This document shows, one piece after another, positions 1 to 10,524 of a stretch of DNA of 64,000 bases; position 1 is the first letter of the stretch; each line of letters begins with the position of its first letter. This stretch comes from an uncultured Rhodobacteraceae bacterium (GTDB lineage Bacteria > Pseudomonadota > Alphaproteobacteria > Rhodobacterales > Rhodobacteraceae), in assembly GCA_947495795.1 (NCBI GenBank), contig CANMAI010000013.1:48157-112156 (forward strand). The letters are read 5' to 3'. The translations under genes were made by a program, and so were the position numbers. The notes beneath the pieces are model-generated. The model did not search any database and was not told the DNA's origin. It worked only from the letters and a program-made list of their open reading frames with translations.

Positions 1-1438
1 TTGCGCTTCATCACCTTGCCGTTCTGGTTGAGCGGAAACTCGGCTACGATCAGAACGCGCTTTGGGCGTTTGTCTGCCGTCAGGTTCTTGCGACAGAAGG
101 CCAGCAGATCCTCTGCGGTAAGACTGGGCTCCACAACAGCGAAAATCGCGATCTCCTCGCCTGCGCGGGCATCGGGATACCCAATGGCTGCCACATCTTT
201 CACGCCCTTACATGTGGCAATGACGTGTTCCAGTTCCTGCGGGTAGATATTGACACCGCCTCTGATGATCACCTCCGAGGAGCGGCCCATCAGCTTGAGG
301 TAACCCTCGCTATCGATGAGGCCGACATCATGGGGGTAATACCAATCGCCCTCAAAACGATCGCCGGCACTCCTAGCATCGCGGCCGATGATGCCATCCG
401 CTCTGGAGGGCGTGCGCACGCGGATCTGGCCAATGGAATTTGGGGGGAGGGGAGTGTTGTTGTCATCCACGATCTCCACTTCGACGCCGGAGAGCGGGCG
501 GCCCACAGTATCGCCTTTCCGGTCCAGCTCATCACAGAAAATGGCGGTGACGGCCCCTACGGGTGAACTCGCATAGACCTGCACCACATTTGGAGACAGA
601 TATTTGCGCAAGGCCTCAAGCTCCTTGCTTGAGATTGCAGCACCTGATGCCGTGAGGAAGGGTACGTTGGTCGGGGTTGTGATGGTTTCGCCCGTTTCGC
701 GTGCATAGGCCAGGAGATCACGTAGCGCAGTGGGGACAAGCGGCACACCGGTAATCTGATGTTTGCGGATGGCCGCCGCAAGATCCTGCGGGCGATAAAC
801 AGGCGGGAAGAATACAATGGTGCCGCCGTGGAGAAGGGCGCTTTTCACCCAGCCGAGATTGGCCCCGAAAGACAGAGGTGCGGCACTTAGCACGCGTGTG
901 TAGGCCTGGGGCAGAGGTGTGCCGCGCCAGACTCCGTAACGTGCAAAAACCGCTCTGTGCGAAATTCTGAAACCGGCAGGTTTGCCGGTGCTGCCGGAGG
1001 TGAGAAGGATTGAGGCGGCGGCTGGCGTTTCGCATGGCGTGATTTCTGCCACTGGGGCTGAGGCGATGAGGCTATCCCACTCCGCATGCGAGACGCTGCG
1101 ATATGCGCCTTCTGCCGCGGTGTCCTCTATGAACACATCGTGGAGAAAGGTCTTTGCCAGCTCTTCCCGGGCGGCGGCGGGAGTGCGGAAATCTATCGTG
1201 TTGCAAGTGGCACCGAGCATCCAGGCGCCGATCATGACGATGAGGCCTTCATGCGCATCGCGCAGTGCCATCCCCACGACGCTTCCCTGCGTGATGCCCA
1301 TTGCTTGAAGTGCGGAGGCTGCTTTCTTCACGGCCTCCTCCAGCTCGGCATAAGTATGGACGCGTGTTTCGGACTGTACCGCAGGTTGTTCGGGGCGTGT
1401 TCTTCTGTGCTCTAAGATTGCAAATGCTAAATTTTCCA
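1..1438 (-). CDS. AMP-dependent acyl-CoA synthetase/ligase (3' end cut by window edge)
   Basis: Reverse-strand translation of 1-130 reads ...EPSLTAEDLLAFCRKNLTADKRPKRVLIVAEFPLNQNGKVMKR, the conserved C-terminal motif of adenylate-forming enzymes. The frame stays open to about 1438, and the N-terminal region reads ...TRVHTYAELEEAVKK, typical of AMP-binding N-termini. Absent from the ORF track because there is no stop codon inside the window. Probable GTG start near 1436-1438. Confidence 0.7.
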
Positions 1439-1539
1439 CAAGAAACTCCCCAACATTTGTTTCACAACCGGCCCGTCGATATGCTAGCCCTGATCTTCAT
1501 GCAGATGTAAACACTTCACTATTGTAAGGGAAATACTGA

Positions 1540-2475
1540 ATGTTCAGATCTTTATCATCGATTGTCTTTTCTCTGGTTCTTTCTGGAAGTGCAGTCTTTT
1601 CAGATACGGCAACTATCGCCACCACGGCAGAGGGAACCTCGCTGCATTACATCGCTCTGGCGCTGACGAAGACGAGCGATGAGGTGGCGGGTCTGGATCT
1701 GCGCCCGAGGCCTTACAAGTCGGCGGGGCAGGGTGCTGTTTTCGTGAACAAGGGTGAGGTGGATTTCGGGCTTCACAACGTGATTATTCTGCGTGAGGCG
1801 TATCTTGGGCAGGAATTTTATGAAGGCAAGCGGCTGGAAAACCTGCGCGCTGTGGCGCGGCTGATCCCCTTTCAGGTGACGTTTGGCGTGCAGGGGGATT
1901 CTGATATCCGCACCATTGCCGATATGCGCGGTAAGCGTTTTCCGGCAGGTTTCGATTCCACAGCTTTCGGGGAACGGCTTTACGATGCTCTTCTCGGCAC
2001 GGCGGGCCTGAGTTATGCTGATGTTGATCAGGTAAAGGTTTCCGATTGGGCGGCGCTGGGTAAGGAGTTTGTGCGTGGCAATCTGGATGTGGGCGGGCTG
2101 GTTGTGGGCTCAGGCTCTGCGGCGCGCTATGAGCAGCTGGTGAAGGGGTATCGCGGCATTTCGCTGCCGGATGGGCCCGGGGTTGAGGCCGGTTTGCAGG
2201 AGAAATTCCCGTCGAGCCGTCTTGCTGTGGTGGAGCCCGGTGAGGGGCTTTCCGGTATTCTTGAGCCGATAACAGTACTTGAATACGACTATTGGCTTTT
2301 CGCGCACAAGGACACACCGGATGCGGCGGTGACCGGGTTGCTGCAAAGCCTGACGGAGGGCAAGGATGAGCTGATCCGCATTCGCAAGGATTTCCGGGAC
2401 TTTGATCCTGAGGCGATGTATCAGGATATTGGCGTGCCGTTTCATCCGGCGGCTGAGGCCTTCTATGCGAAATGA
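1540..2475 (+). CDS. TAXI-family TRAP transporter solute-binding protein
   Basis: 311-aa ORF with an N-terminal signal peptide (MFRSLSSIVFSLVLSGSAVFS). Size and architecture match TAXI (Imp-like) periplasmic receptors. Its stop overlaps the start of a fused TRAP permease. Confidence 0.7.
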   Translation: MFRSLSSIVFSLVLSGSAVFSDTATIATTAEGTSLHYIALALTKTSDEVAGLDLRPRPYKSAGQGAVFVNKGEVDFGLHNVIILREAYLGQEFYEGKRLENLRAVARLIPFQVTFGVQGDSDIRTIADMRGKRFPAGFDSTAFGERLYDALLGTAGLSYADVDQVKVSDWAALGKEFVRGNLDVGGLVVGSGSAARYEQLVKGYRGISLPDGPGVEAGLQEKFPSSRLAVVEPGEGLSGILEPITVLEYDYWLFAHKDTPDAAVTGLLQSLTEGKDELIRIRKDFRDFDPEAMYQDIGVPFHPAAEAFYAK

Positions 2476-4316
2476 CGGCCTCTAAGGCCTGGCTGAACGC
2501 GCTCTTTCTGCTCGCAGGGTCGGTGGCCCTTGTTGGCCCGGTATTGCGCGAGATCTGGCCGGGCAACCCTCTGACAGGTGTGCTTTCACTGGAGCAGTTT
2601 TTGGCGCTGGAGCTGCATGCTGCACTGCTGGCGTTCTGGGCGCGCCGCGCATCCTTTGGGAAGCGATGGTTGCATATCCTCGGGCCGCTTCTGCTGGCCG
2701 GAGCGGCCTTTGCCTCAGGCTTCTGGATGATCCGCTTCTTTGGAACGGTGGAGGCTGTATTTCTCACCCCAACGGCGCCCGTGATTGGCTTCGGGGTGAC
2801 CACGATTCTACTGGTACTCGGCGCGGGCATCGGTGCGGCTGGTTGGCCGCTGATCGCAATTGTGGCGAGTGTTCTGGCCTTCGGCTTTCTGGGCCAGTTT
2901 GCCTTTCTCGGGGCCACTGTTCCGCCGACTAGCCTGCCCAGTTTCATCACGTATCTCTCCTACGGCTCGGACGGGCTCTTCGGGCGTGCGCTTGATATCA
3001 TCACGAACCTGGTGCTGATCTTCGTGATTTTCGGTGTCTGTTTCGAGGTGGCAGGCGGCGGGCGGGTGATTGCCAATATCGCGCTGCGCTGTGCATCGCG
3101 AAGCCGGGCCAACGCGATAAAGGCCTGCGTGATTGCATCGGGCCTCTTTGGTACTGTCAGCGGTGCCGCCACATCCAATGTGGTGACATCCGGCACATTC
3201 TCCATCCCCAGCATGCGCCGCATCGGAGTGCGCAATGAGACGGCGGCGGGGATCGAGGCGGCTGCCTCCACTTGCGGGCAGATCATGCCGCCCGTTCTCG
3301 GTGCAGCGGCCTTCTTTCTGGCGGAACTGGCGGAAGTGGCATATTCCACCGTCGTCATTGCCTCGATCGGGCCTGCGCTGGCCTGCTATTACGCCTTCTT
3401 CAGGCAGGCAGATCTGGTGCCACTGGACGCTGGCGGAGAGGACGGCGCGGAGGCTCCCGAGCCACTGCGTGCTGTGTGGCTTCTCTATATGCTGCCGCCT
3501 GCCGCGATCATTTCCCTCCTTCTTCAATCGAGCGCATTTGTATCTCTGGCAGCCATCGCGGGCACGGCTACTTGCCTTCTGATCGCGGTGCCGCTGCAGG
3601 GCCTTATTCCGACATTGCGACTGTTGCGCAACAAGATGGCGGGCCTGATCCTGAGCGTCGTGAACCTTGTGATCGTTGCGGCCTCCGTTGGGCTGCTTTT
3701 GGGCGTGCTTTATTCCACGGGGCTTACCGTCGCTGGTGCCGTGATGATCGGCAAGATCGGGCAGGAGCATTTGCTGCTGGCGCTGCTTCTTACCGGGTTC
3801 TCCGCGTTTGTACTGGGGATGGGAGTGGCAACCGTTGGCGTCTATATCGTGGCCGCCACGCTGCTGACGCCGGGGTTGATCGAGGCTGGTATTCCCGTTC
3901 TGGCAGCACATTTCTTTGTGCTTTATTGCGGCATCCTTTCGTTGATCACACCACCCATCGCGTTTGCCTCACTGGCGGCCAGCGCGCTTGCAAAATCCGA
4001 TTTCACCGCGACATCGTTTGCCGCGATGCGCTTTGGCTGGATACTTTTTGTGATCCCCTTCGTTATTGCACTTTCGCCTGGGCTGCTGATGCTGGGAAGC
4101 TGGATGGAGATCGCCACGGCCTATCTCACGACCTTTGTTTTTGTTGCAGCGACTACTGCGCGTTTGGGCATTGCGCTGAAACTGGCGCTGATGGGCCTGT
4201 CGGCTTCGGCGATACTCTGGCCCGGAGCAGACTGGCAGGCGGTACTGATCGCTGTATGTGTTGTCGGATTTCTTGGCACGCGGTCCCACATGGCGCTCAG
4301 GCGCGCCTCCACTTGA
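2472..4316 (+). CDS. TRAP transporter fused permease (TAXI-type 4TM/12TM fusion)
   Basis: 614-aa highly hydrophobic polytopic protein. ATGA overlap with the upstream TAXI binding protein. The length fits fused DctQ/DctM-type TAXI permeases. Confidence 0.75.
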   Translation: MTASKAWLNALFLLAGSVALVGPVLREIWPGNPLTGVLSLEQFLALELHAALLAFWARRASFGKRWLHILGPLLLAGAAFASGFWMIRFFGTVEAVFLTPTAPVIGFGVTTILLVLGAGIGAAGWPLIAIVASVLAFGFLGQFAFLGATVPPTSLPSFITYLSYGSDGLFGRALDIITNLVLIFVIFGVCFEVAGGGRVIANIALRCASRSRANAIKACVIASGLFGTVSGAATSNVVTSGTFSIPSMRRIGVRNETAAGIEAAASTCGQIMPPVLGAAAFFLAELAEVAYSTVVIASIGPALACYYAFFRQADLVPLDAGGEDGAEAPEPLRAVWLLYMLPPAAIISLLLQSSAFVSLAAIAGTATCLLIAVPLQGLIPTLRLLRNKMAGLILSVVNLVIVAASVGLLLGVLYSTGLTVAGAVMIGKIGQEHLLLALLLTGFSAFVLGMGVATVGVYIVAATLLTPGLIEAGIPVLAAHFFVLYCGILSLITPPIAFASLAASALAKSDFTATSFAAMRFGWILFVIPFVIALSPGLLMLGSWMEIATAYLTTFVFVAATTARLGIALKLALMGLSASAILWPGADWQAVLIAVCVVGFLGTRSHMALRRAST

Positions 4317-4448
4317 CTTCCTGCGTGTAAGTCCGGGCCGAGTGCGCCGGCTGCTGTGTTCACCCGCTTGTGTTTTCGGCGGATGTCGGACAAAAGATGC
4401 GAGGCTTGTGAACCGAGAGAGACGAAAGTGGCGGAATGACCTTTGTGA

Positions 4449-6056
4449 TTGAACGACATGTTCTTTATTGAATTCTGCTTTTTTCTGACGCCCAAGGCTA
4501 TATGCGCTTTCGGAACTGCTGATCCGGACATGCTGGCTGTGCTAGAGCTTTCGTCTCCCAAGGGCTCTGGTTTTAAGGCGACGCCAGTGTGGTTTGAACG
4601 TCAGGGCCTGAAGAATCCGAAGGCCAAAGCGTTTATGGCTGTTTTTCTTAATGAGCCGGGGTTCGATCTTGATCGAAATATGGAGCTGAAGGCGGCCCAC
4701 AAGACGATAAAACTGTCTTCCAACCGTTTGAGTGCGGATGGAGCGAAGTTTGGAGAGAAAGCCAAGGAAAACGCGCTCAACCATCTGCTCTACGGGGTTG
4801 CTGCTGGCGATCTGCCCCAGCCGTCTCCGGATCTGGCTGTCGCCCTGCACGGGCGGATGGCTGGAAGGAACCAGATGCGTGGGGATTTTGAGTATTCTGC
4901 AATCAACATCGGCTCGGCAATGGTGGTGAATGGGCAGGACGCGGGGCTGGTTGGCGGATGGCACCTTGCCTGCCGGGAGAGCACATCAGAGCCCGCGCTA
5001 CTGTGCGTTGGGCCCGCCTCCGCCGCTCCTGTGGAGCTTTTTCTGAAATCCGTTCCCCGATCAGACCTTGAGCGCTTCAAACCCAAATATCCCGTGACTT
5101 CCAAGGATGGGTTTTGCGGAATTCTACCTCTCGGCGGCAGTTCGCCGGGACCGATTTTCGTGGTCGGGCTTCTGAAGCGACCGGGGCGCTGTCACAGGGT
5201 GGCGATCAAGGCCGAAGTGGTGGAACCGGTTGTGATGACGACGCGGATCCAAAAACTTCAGAAGCTGATGGGATCTGTGCACGCCTCCGAGCGGTTGGAC
5301 ACATTGGTCAGTACCGATGGTATGACGATTGGTTTGCAGTCGGAGGCAATCCGGCCAGTGGGGGACTCCGCGACAACTCTGCTCATCCTTGTTCATGATG
5401 CACCTGACACCGATCTGCGTGAGATCCTGAGAATTTGCAGCGCACGGTTGCCCGGGCCTAAGATATTGCATGTTCTGCGGAACTCACCCTCCTCCAAACT
5501 CCGCGCTGCCCTCACCGGTGCTCTGCGCGATGCGCCTGAGCACTGGATCGAGATGTTGGAGCCTGCTGATAATCAAGACGAGGTGGCGCTGACGCGCGGA
5601 GCAGAGATTGTGTGCTTTGCCCAAAGTTCTACTTTGCTACAGTTCGACGGGGTGGAAACAGCCTTGAGTGACTTGAGGGCGAAGCGTGTGGCTGCGTCTC
5701 TGATCCTGCATGACGAGATGGTCAATCTTTCCGAAGCGGCCCCTGCGAAACTGGATGCCGTGACCAATCTTGTGAATCCGAACTTCCCACTTTTCGCGGT
5801 ATTTAACGGAGATGTGTTTCGTGAGGTCAATGAGAAGATCCCTAACGGTTTTGCCTCGCTGGACGGCCGACTACGTGCTGTTTTGTGTATGTTGCTAAAA
5901 GCTGAACTGGCTCGATTTGCGTTTGATCGGAGCTTGAGCTTCTTTCAGGGAGAGGCAGAAGTGCCGCCAGAGCAGGCGGCAGAGCTTCGCCGTGCGGCCG
6001 CGAGTGACGCACCCTTGCTGAGAAAAGTCGGCCGAACTGGGGCCATGCTATCATGA
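4449..6056 (+). CDS. hypothetical protein (535 aa), first gene of a low-GC two-gene module
   Basis: Long uninterrupted ORF with non-repetitive composition. GC is visibly lower than the flanks (about 50-55% by eye). Its stop overlaps the start of the downstream GT4-sulfotransferase (ATGA at 6053-6056). I recognise no motif. Confidence 0.5.
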   Translation: MNDMFFIEFCFFLTPKAICAFGTADPDMLAVLELSSPKGSGFKATPVWFERQGLKNPKAKAFMAVFLNEPGFDLDRNMELKAAHKTIKLSSNRLSADGAKFGEKAKENALNHLLYGVAAGDLPQPSPDLAVALHGRMAGRNQMRGDFEYSAINIGSAMVVNGQDAGLVGGWHLACRESTSEPALLCVGPASAAPVELFLKSVPRSDLERFKPKYPVTSKDGFCGILPLGGSSPGPIFVVGLLKRPGRCHRVAIKAEVVEPVVMTTRIQKLQKLMGSVHASERLDTLVSTDGMTIGLQSEAIRPVGDSATTLLILVHDAPDTDLREILRICSARLPGPKILHVLRNSPSSKLRAALTGALRDAPEHWIEMLEPADNQDEVALTRGAEIVCFAQSSTLLQFDGVETALSDLRAKRVAASLILHDEMVNLSEAAPAKLDAVTNLVNPNFPLFAVFNGDVFREVNEKIPNGFASLDGRLRAVLCMLLKAELARFAFDRSLSFFQGEAEVPPEQAAELRRAAASDAPLLRKVGRTGAMLS

Positions 6057-8125
6057 GGACGGTGTTTGTTGCGCATTCTCACCCGGCGGTTCGGGTTGGC
6101 GGTGGTGAGCTGGCCGCTTACCAGCTTTTTCAACACATGCGCCGGAGTGGCAATGACGTGCGGTTCGTCGGGCTGACGAGCGAAGAGAAGGACGGCCCGC
6201 GCGTTTTCGGACCAAACCAGAATGCCGTTACATTCGATGAAGGCGATCATTGCGTGCGTGGCTTTGGCATGAATTCCCTGACAATGGAGCATGGCAACAT
6301 TGCCCGCGAAGACTGGCTCGTGCACTTTCTCCTGAAGCTCAATCCTGATGTCTATCACTTCCATCACTTCTGGAAAGTTGGGGCGAGTGCGATCCGTCGG
6401 TTGCGGAAGGCCCGGCCCGACGCGAAGATGATCTGTACGCTGCACGAGTTACTGGCGATTTGTGCCAATCATGGCCAGATGGTGAAAGCTGGCACGCGGG
6501 AGCTTTGCTACCGCGCAGAGCCAATTGCCTGTGCGGGGTGTTTTCCCGGGCAGTCGCCGATGGAGTTCAAGCTTCGCAGGATGCGGATGATGAGCATGCT
6601 CGATGCGTTCGATGCGCTGATCTCGCCAAGCGACTTTCTCAAGCAGCGTTTTGTGGATTGGGGCCTTCCGGAGGACCGGATCGAGGTGCTGGAAAACGGC
6701 TTGCCGACGACGCCCGACTTTCCAATGGAGGATGATGCCGAGCTTGCGCATAAAGCCCGGCGGTTCGCGTTCTTCGGGCAGGCAACACCCACCAAGGGCC
6801 TGAATATACTGGTCGAAGCGGCCCGAAGTATTGCCGCAACAAACCCTGCGATGGATATCGTGGTCGATGTCTACGGTGTGACAGCCGAGAAGTTTGCGAA
6901 GCTCTACCCGAGTGTTGAGGTGGGGCCGTTCATCTCCTTCAAGGGGCGTTATGCGCCACAGGATTGCGTCGGCTTGATGCGCCATTATGGGTGGATCGTG
7001 GTGCCTTCCGTCTGGTGGGAGAACTCGCCCCTCATCATTCAGGAAGCACGGGCGGCCGGTACCCCGGTACTCACCTCCGACATCGGGGGAATGGCGGAAA
7101 AGGGCCGCGATATGGGAGCGCAGTTTCGGGTGGGGGATGTTTCCTCGCTGCGTGAGCAGCTTCTGTCTCTTTACGGCGATGTGGATATCCTGAAAGCGAA
7201 AAAGGAGAGCATGGCGCGACCTCTCTTTCTGGATGCCTACGCCTCTCGATGGACAGAAATCGTAGAGGCAATTGAGCGCCCCGAGGCACCGGTGCGTTTG
7301 CCGCAGGAGCCTGTCAGCATGAAGGCGTGGAGGGAGACAAGTTACTCCGCTTTCGTGGAACGCGCGCAGGCAACTGCGGATCTCACGATATTTCAGCACA
7401 TTCCGAAGACCGCTGGCAGTTCACTTGTAACAGAGATTGGGCGCAATATCGGTGGATATCGCGGTATAAACATCAACTGGGACGACGTTTCGGAGAATAA
7501 AAGCACAAGGGATCTTCTGGCTTCTGCAGTGGAGCGTTTCATTGCGGAGTATGATCCGAAGGACCGCCGGACGGCTTCGGGCCATCTTCTCGGACCGGAA
7601 GTGAACAGGCTGATGGAAGCCATTCCGGGGGCGCGGGTCATCACCTTTCTGCGCGATCCGGTTAAGCGTGTGATCTCGGATTATCGTTATCAATGCACAC
7701 CGCAACACCCGCCATACAAGGAATTCATAGAGCGCTGCCCGACGATACAGGATTACCTGAACGGGCAGGGCGAGATGAACAAGATGTGGCTCTTTATGGT
7801 GGGCGAAGAGGATGATATCGAGGCTGGCCTCGCTTTGGCGGAAGAAAAGTATGCTTTTGTTGGCATCACCGAGCTCTACGACCTTTCATGCAATACATTG
7901 ATGCTCATGCACGGGCATAACGTCATGCCGAAATACACTGTGCGGGTGACTCAGGACCGCCCGGAAAACAAGGTGGTCGAGGATGATGAACTGCGCACGT
8001 TGATCGCTTCGAAAAACAAGAAAGACGTGGCGCTCTACAATCATTTCAGGGGGCTTCTGGAGCAGCACCAGAAGGGCTGGCAAAACTACCGGAGCTTCCT
8101 TGGGGGAGATGCCGCGAACCGCTAA
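6053..8125 (+). CDS. fusion protein: N-terminal GT4 glycosyltransferase plus C-terminal sulfotransferase (Sulfotransfer_2-like)
   Basis: N-terminal about 400 aa carries the GT4 EX7E motif (WWENSPLIIQEARAAGTPV). C-terminal about 280 aa carries the PAPS 5'-PSB motif (IFQHIPKTAGSSL) and the 3'-PB motif (FLRDPVKRVISDYRY). Confidence 0.7.
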   Translation: MRTVFVAHSHPAVRVGGGELAAYQLFQHMRRSGNDVRFVGLTSEEKDGPRVFGPNQNAVTFDEGDHCVRGFGMNSLTMEHGNIAREDWLVHFLLKLNPDVYHFHHFWKVGASAIRRLRKARPDAKMICTLHELLAICANHGQMVKAGTRELCYRAEPIACAGCFPGQSPMEFKLRRMRMMSMLDAFDALISPSDFLKQRFVDWGLPEDRIEVLENGLPTTPDFPMEDDAELAHKARRFAFFGQATPTKGLNILVEAARSIAATNPAMDIVVDVYGVTAEKFAKLYPSVEVGPFISFKGRYAPQDCVGLMRHYGWIVVPSVWWENSPLIIQEARAAGTPVLTSDIGGMAEKGRDMGAQFRVGDVSSLREQLLSLYGDVDILKAKKESMARPLFLDAYASRWTEIVEAIERPEAPVRLPQEPVSMKAWRETSYSAFVERAQATADLTIFQHIPKTAGSSLVTEIGRNIGGYRGININWDDVSENKSTRDLLASAVERFIAEYDPKDRRTASGHLLGPEVNRLMEAIPGARVITFLRDPVKRVISDYRYQCTPQHPPYKEFIERCPTIQDYLNGQGEMNKMWLFMVGEEDDIEAGLALAEEKYAFVGITELYDLSCNTLMLMHGHNVMPKYTVRVTQDRPENKVVEDDELRTLIASKNKKDVALYNHFRGLLEQHQKGWQNYRSFLGGDAANR

Positions 8126-8168
8126 GATCTCTTTTCAGAACAAGTGAGTGCTTTTGTCTGCTGCTCTG

Positions 8169-8188
8169 GCCAAAAGCGCTTGGCTTTT
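8169..8188 (+). terminator. putative rho-independent terminator after the GT4-sulfotransferase gene
   Basis: Hairpin gccaa-aagcgc-ttggc followed by TTTT, about 45 nt downstream of the stop at 8125. Confidence 0.45.
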
Positions 8189-8334
8189 GATCTGAAACAT
8201 TACTTATCACCTCACGCGTTGAGATCTTTGATTTCAGGCAGCGATAGGTGATTCAGGTTTAAGGTGAAACGCTGTGGTGAGTGTTTTCTCCCCTTCCCGA
8301 GGCCTAGGACCTCATCAGTTGGATGGCAGGATCT

Positions 8335-9621
8335 CTATCTCATGCGCGCCGTGCGTATTGCACTCGCCAGTTCGCGCCGGTCGTCGCGATTGGTAATTGA
8401 TGTGTTGTTATCCGTTGCGATGAGGAGAAGATGACGGTGCAGGATGGGGCCGTGCCGTTTGTTGGCAACCGAGGCGATCATGCCGATGGCCTGAACCAGA
8501 CGAAGGGTTACCAGAACATTGCCACGTGCCGCACGCCGCAGCGGGTGCATCACGACACCCACGATCTCCTTCATCCCCATTATTTCCATCCAGACCCTTG
8601 GCGTACCTTCGTTATTGCAGTGAAGAGATCTTGGAACACCGCGCTGGAGAATGGTGGCGAGAGAACCTGAAAGATGATCGATTGCGCTGATGGCGGTGTA
8701 GCTGTCGTTGATGCCGGGAGAGAGGGCGCGAAGGGCTATCTCTACTGCGAGGTGCATGTGAAAGCGGATATCGCCCTCCGGCGCGCGGGTATCGCCAATC
8801 AGGATAGTGGCGAGGATAGCTGACGTGTCCGCCTCTGTCGCGCCATCAAAAACCCGGGCAAGCGGGCTGCCGGCCACTACATAGTCGCCAGGCCGCACGC
8901 ACATCTGCACAAAGCCGCCTGTTTCTTCTGCGATTGCCTTGAGCGCTGGAATATCGACGCCGCGAATGTATCCGGCGCTGGGAGCTTTGATCGGTATGCC
9001 TTCGCTCTCGGGGGTATACTCGGACTCCTCGGAGTGATCATCGGGTTCATCGCGCATCTGTTCGTGGATGGCTGCGCGGAGCGCGTGCTGGGTGCGCGCG
9101 ATTTCGTTATCCACTTTTACGCTGCGGGCCACGTTGTTCACAAAGTAGATAAGCCAGAAGAGGCTGACTGTCGCCAGCAGGATGGCGATGGCCACCGATA
9201 GCTTTGGCACCTCTTCATCGCCGACGATGTAAAGCACGATCAGCGCATAGAGAAAGGTGGCACCGAGCAGGCCAATGGTTGTCTGGTTCACGCGATTGTC
9301 TGTGAAGCTTTCCAGAAGGCGCGGGCCAATATTGGAAGCGGCGAGTGTAAACACCACGAGCGTGAGGGAGTAGACGAGGCTGATCACCGTCATCATGGCA
9401 CCCGCGATGGTGCTGAGAACGGAGCGAGCGCCAGTTGCGTTGATGTTCAGGAACTGTGCAAATTCGAAGACAGGTTCCAGTTTTGCGCCGCGATCAATCC
9501 AGACGGCCGCGATGGCCAGAACCACGCCGCCGATTGCAATGATGCTGGGTACGAACAGGAAGCCTCCGACGAGACGCCGGAGAAAGACCTTGATGGGACC
9601 CGGAACAATTTGTAGCTGCAT
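8335..9621 (-). CDS. DUF2254 family membrane protein
   Basis: 428-aa ORF with N-terminal transmembrane helices and a large soluble C-terminal domain. Architecture and length are typical of DUF2254. Confidence 0.6.
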   Translation of the reverse strand: MQLQIVPGPIKVFLRRLVGGFLFVPSIIAIGGVVLAIAAVWIDRGAKLEPVFEFAQFLNINATGARSVLSTIAGAMMTVISLVYSLTLVVFTLAASNIGPRLLESFTDNRVNQTTIGLLGATFLYALIVLYIVGDEEVPKLSVAIAILLATVSLFWLIYFVNNVARSVKVDNEIARTQHALRAAIHEQMRDEPDDHSEESEYTPESEGIPIKAPSAGYIRGVDIPALKAIAEETGGFVQMCVRPGDYVVAGSPLARVFDGATEADTSAILATILIGDTRAPEGDIRFHMHLAVEIALRALSPGINDSYTAISAIDHLSGSLATILQRGVPRSLHCNNEGTPRVWMEIMGMKEIVGVVMHPLRRAARGNVLVTLRLVQAIGMIASVANKRHGPILHRHLLLIATDNNTSITNRDDRRELASAIRTARMR

Positions 9622-9837
9622 CGCACCCCTTCAAGTCTGCGTATTTCCCGCCTGTACAGTGAAGCACCTTGGAAGAGAACGCCACATGCTAGACCGAGCG
9701 GACGTCGATTTGTGCAACTGGCCCGCAACCCGGACATTTGCGTGTAAGTGCCTGCAAGTAAGAGAGGGTTTAAGGAATGGCTGACCGGCGATTTGTATTG
9801 ACCTGTGGACCCGGCGTTTGATCGCAGTATCAACCAA

Positions 9838-10524
9838 TTACGTTGTCAGGAAGTAGTTTCTCTGCACCGCGATGGCCACAGCTTGTGTGCGGGTTTTGGC
9901 GTGCAGCTTGCCGCATGCCTTGATGGCCCGCTGCTTCACCGTGGATTCCGATATGCCAAGTTGTGTGGCGATTTCGCGTTGGCCGAGCCCGTCCTTCAGG
10001 CCACGCAGCACATCCAACTCTCCGGCTGTGAGGGGTGGCTTGTTCATAACCAACTGGCCCCACGTACAGAATTTTGCATCGACAAAGTCAATCTCCGCAT
10101 CCGTCAGTTCCCTATCCGAACGGGTGACGGTCAAAGTGGATGTTGTCGCATTATGTCTCTGCGAGAAAGCGGCACCATATTTCATGTTGAAGCGCCGCGC
10201 TTCTTTCATCACGTTCCGAACATCCGGCAGCCGGATCTCCGACCATCGCTTCGATCCGGTGTTCGAGAGAATCCATGCAAAGACCGGATCTGCAAAATAG
10301 TAGTTGCGTCGTTGATAGATCTCTGTCCATTCGGGGTGATAATTCTGGTACACATGCTCCGGCCCCCAGAACGAGAACCCGAACATCAGAAATAGGCCGG
10401 AGGGGGCAAGCTCGTGAATTTGTTCAATTTCTGATTCGAAGTTCGGGATAAGGGTTGTCAGCACTGCACTGGTCTTTCTTTCGTCAGCGGAAGCTATTCT
10501 CAGACTAGAGGTTTTTGCTTTCAA
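9838..10524 (-). CDS. LuxR-family transcriptional regulator (autoinducer-binding domain plus HTH), apparent solo
   Basis: C-terminal LuxR-type HTH (LTAGELDVLRGLKDGLGQREIATQLGISESTVKQ) and an N-terminal domain with conserved W/Y/D positions of AHL-binding domains. No luxI-type synthase is adjacent. Confidence 0.7.
   Translation of the reverse strand: MKAKTSSLRIASADERKTSAVLTTLIPNFESEIEQIHELAPSGLFLMFGFSFWGPEHVYQNYHPEWTEIYQRRNYYFADPVFAWILSNTGSKRWSEIRLPDVRNVMKEARRFNMKYGAAFSQRHNATTSTLTVTRSDRELTDAEIDFVDAKFCTWGQLVMNKPPLTAGELDVLRGLKDGLGQREIATQLGISESTVKQRAIKACGKLHAKTRTQAVAIAVQRNYFLTT

Noticed and set aside
1784-2950. 388-aa minus-strand ORF overlapping the TAXI-TRAP genes (with the 2808-3911 minus ORF)
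   Set aside because: Pro/Arg/Ala-rich low-complexity translation, antisense to two well-supported transporter genes. Typical GC-driven shadow ORFs.
9622-9837. lux-box-like half-site acctgtgga in the intergenic region near the LuxR solo
   Set aside because: Only one half-site and no dyad symmetry. It also lies downstream of the luxR 3' end rather than in a target promoter.
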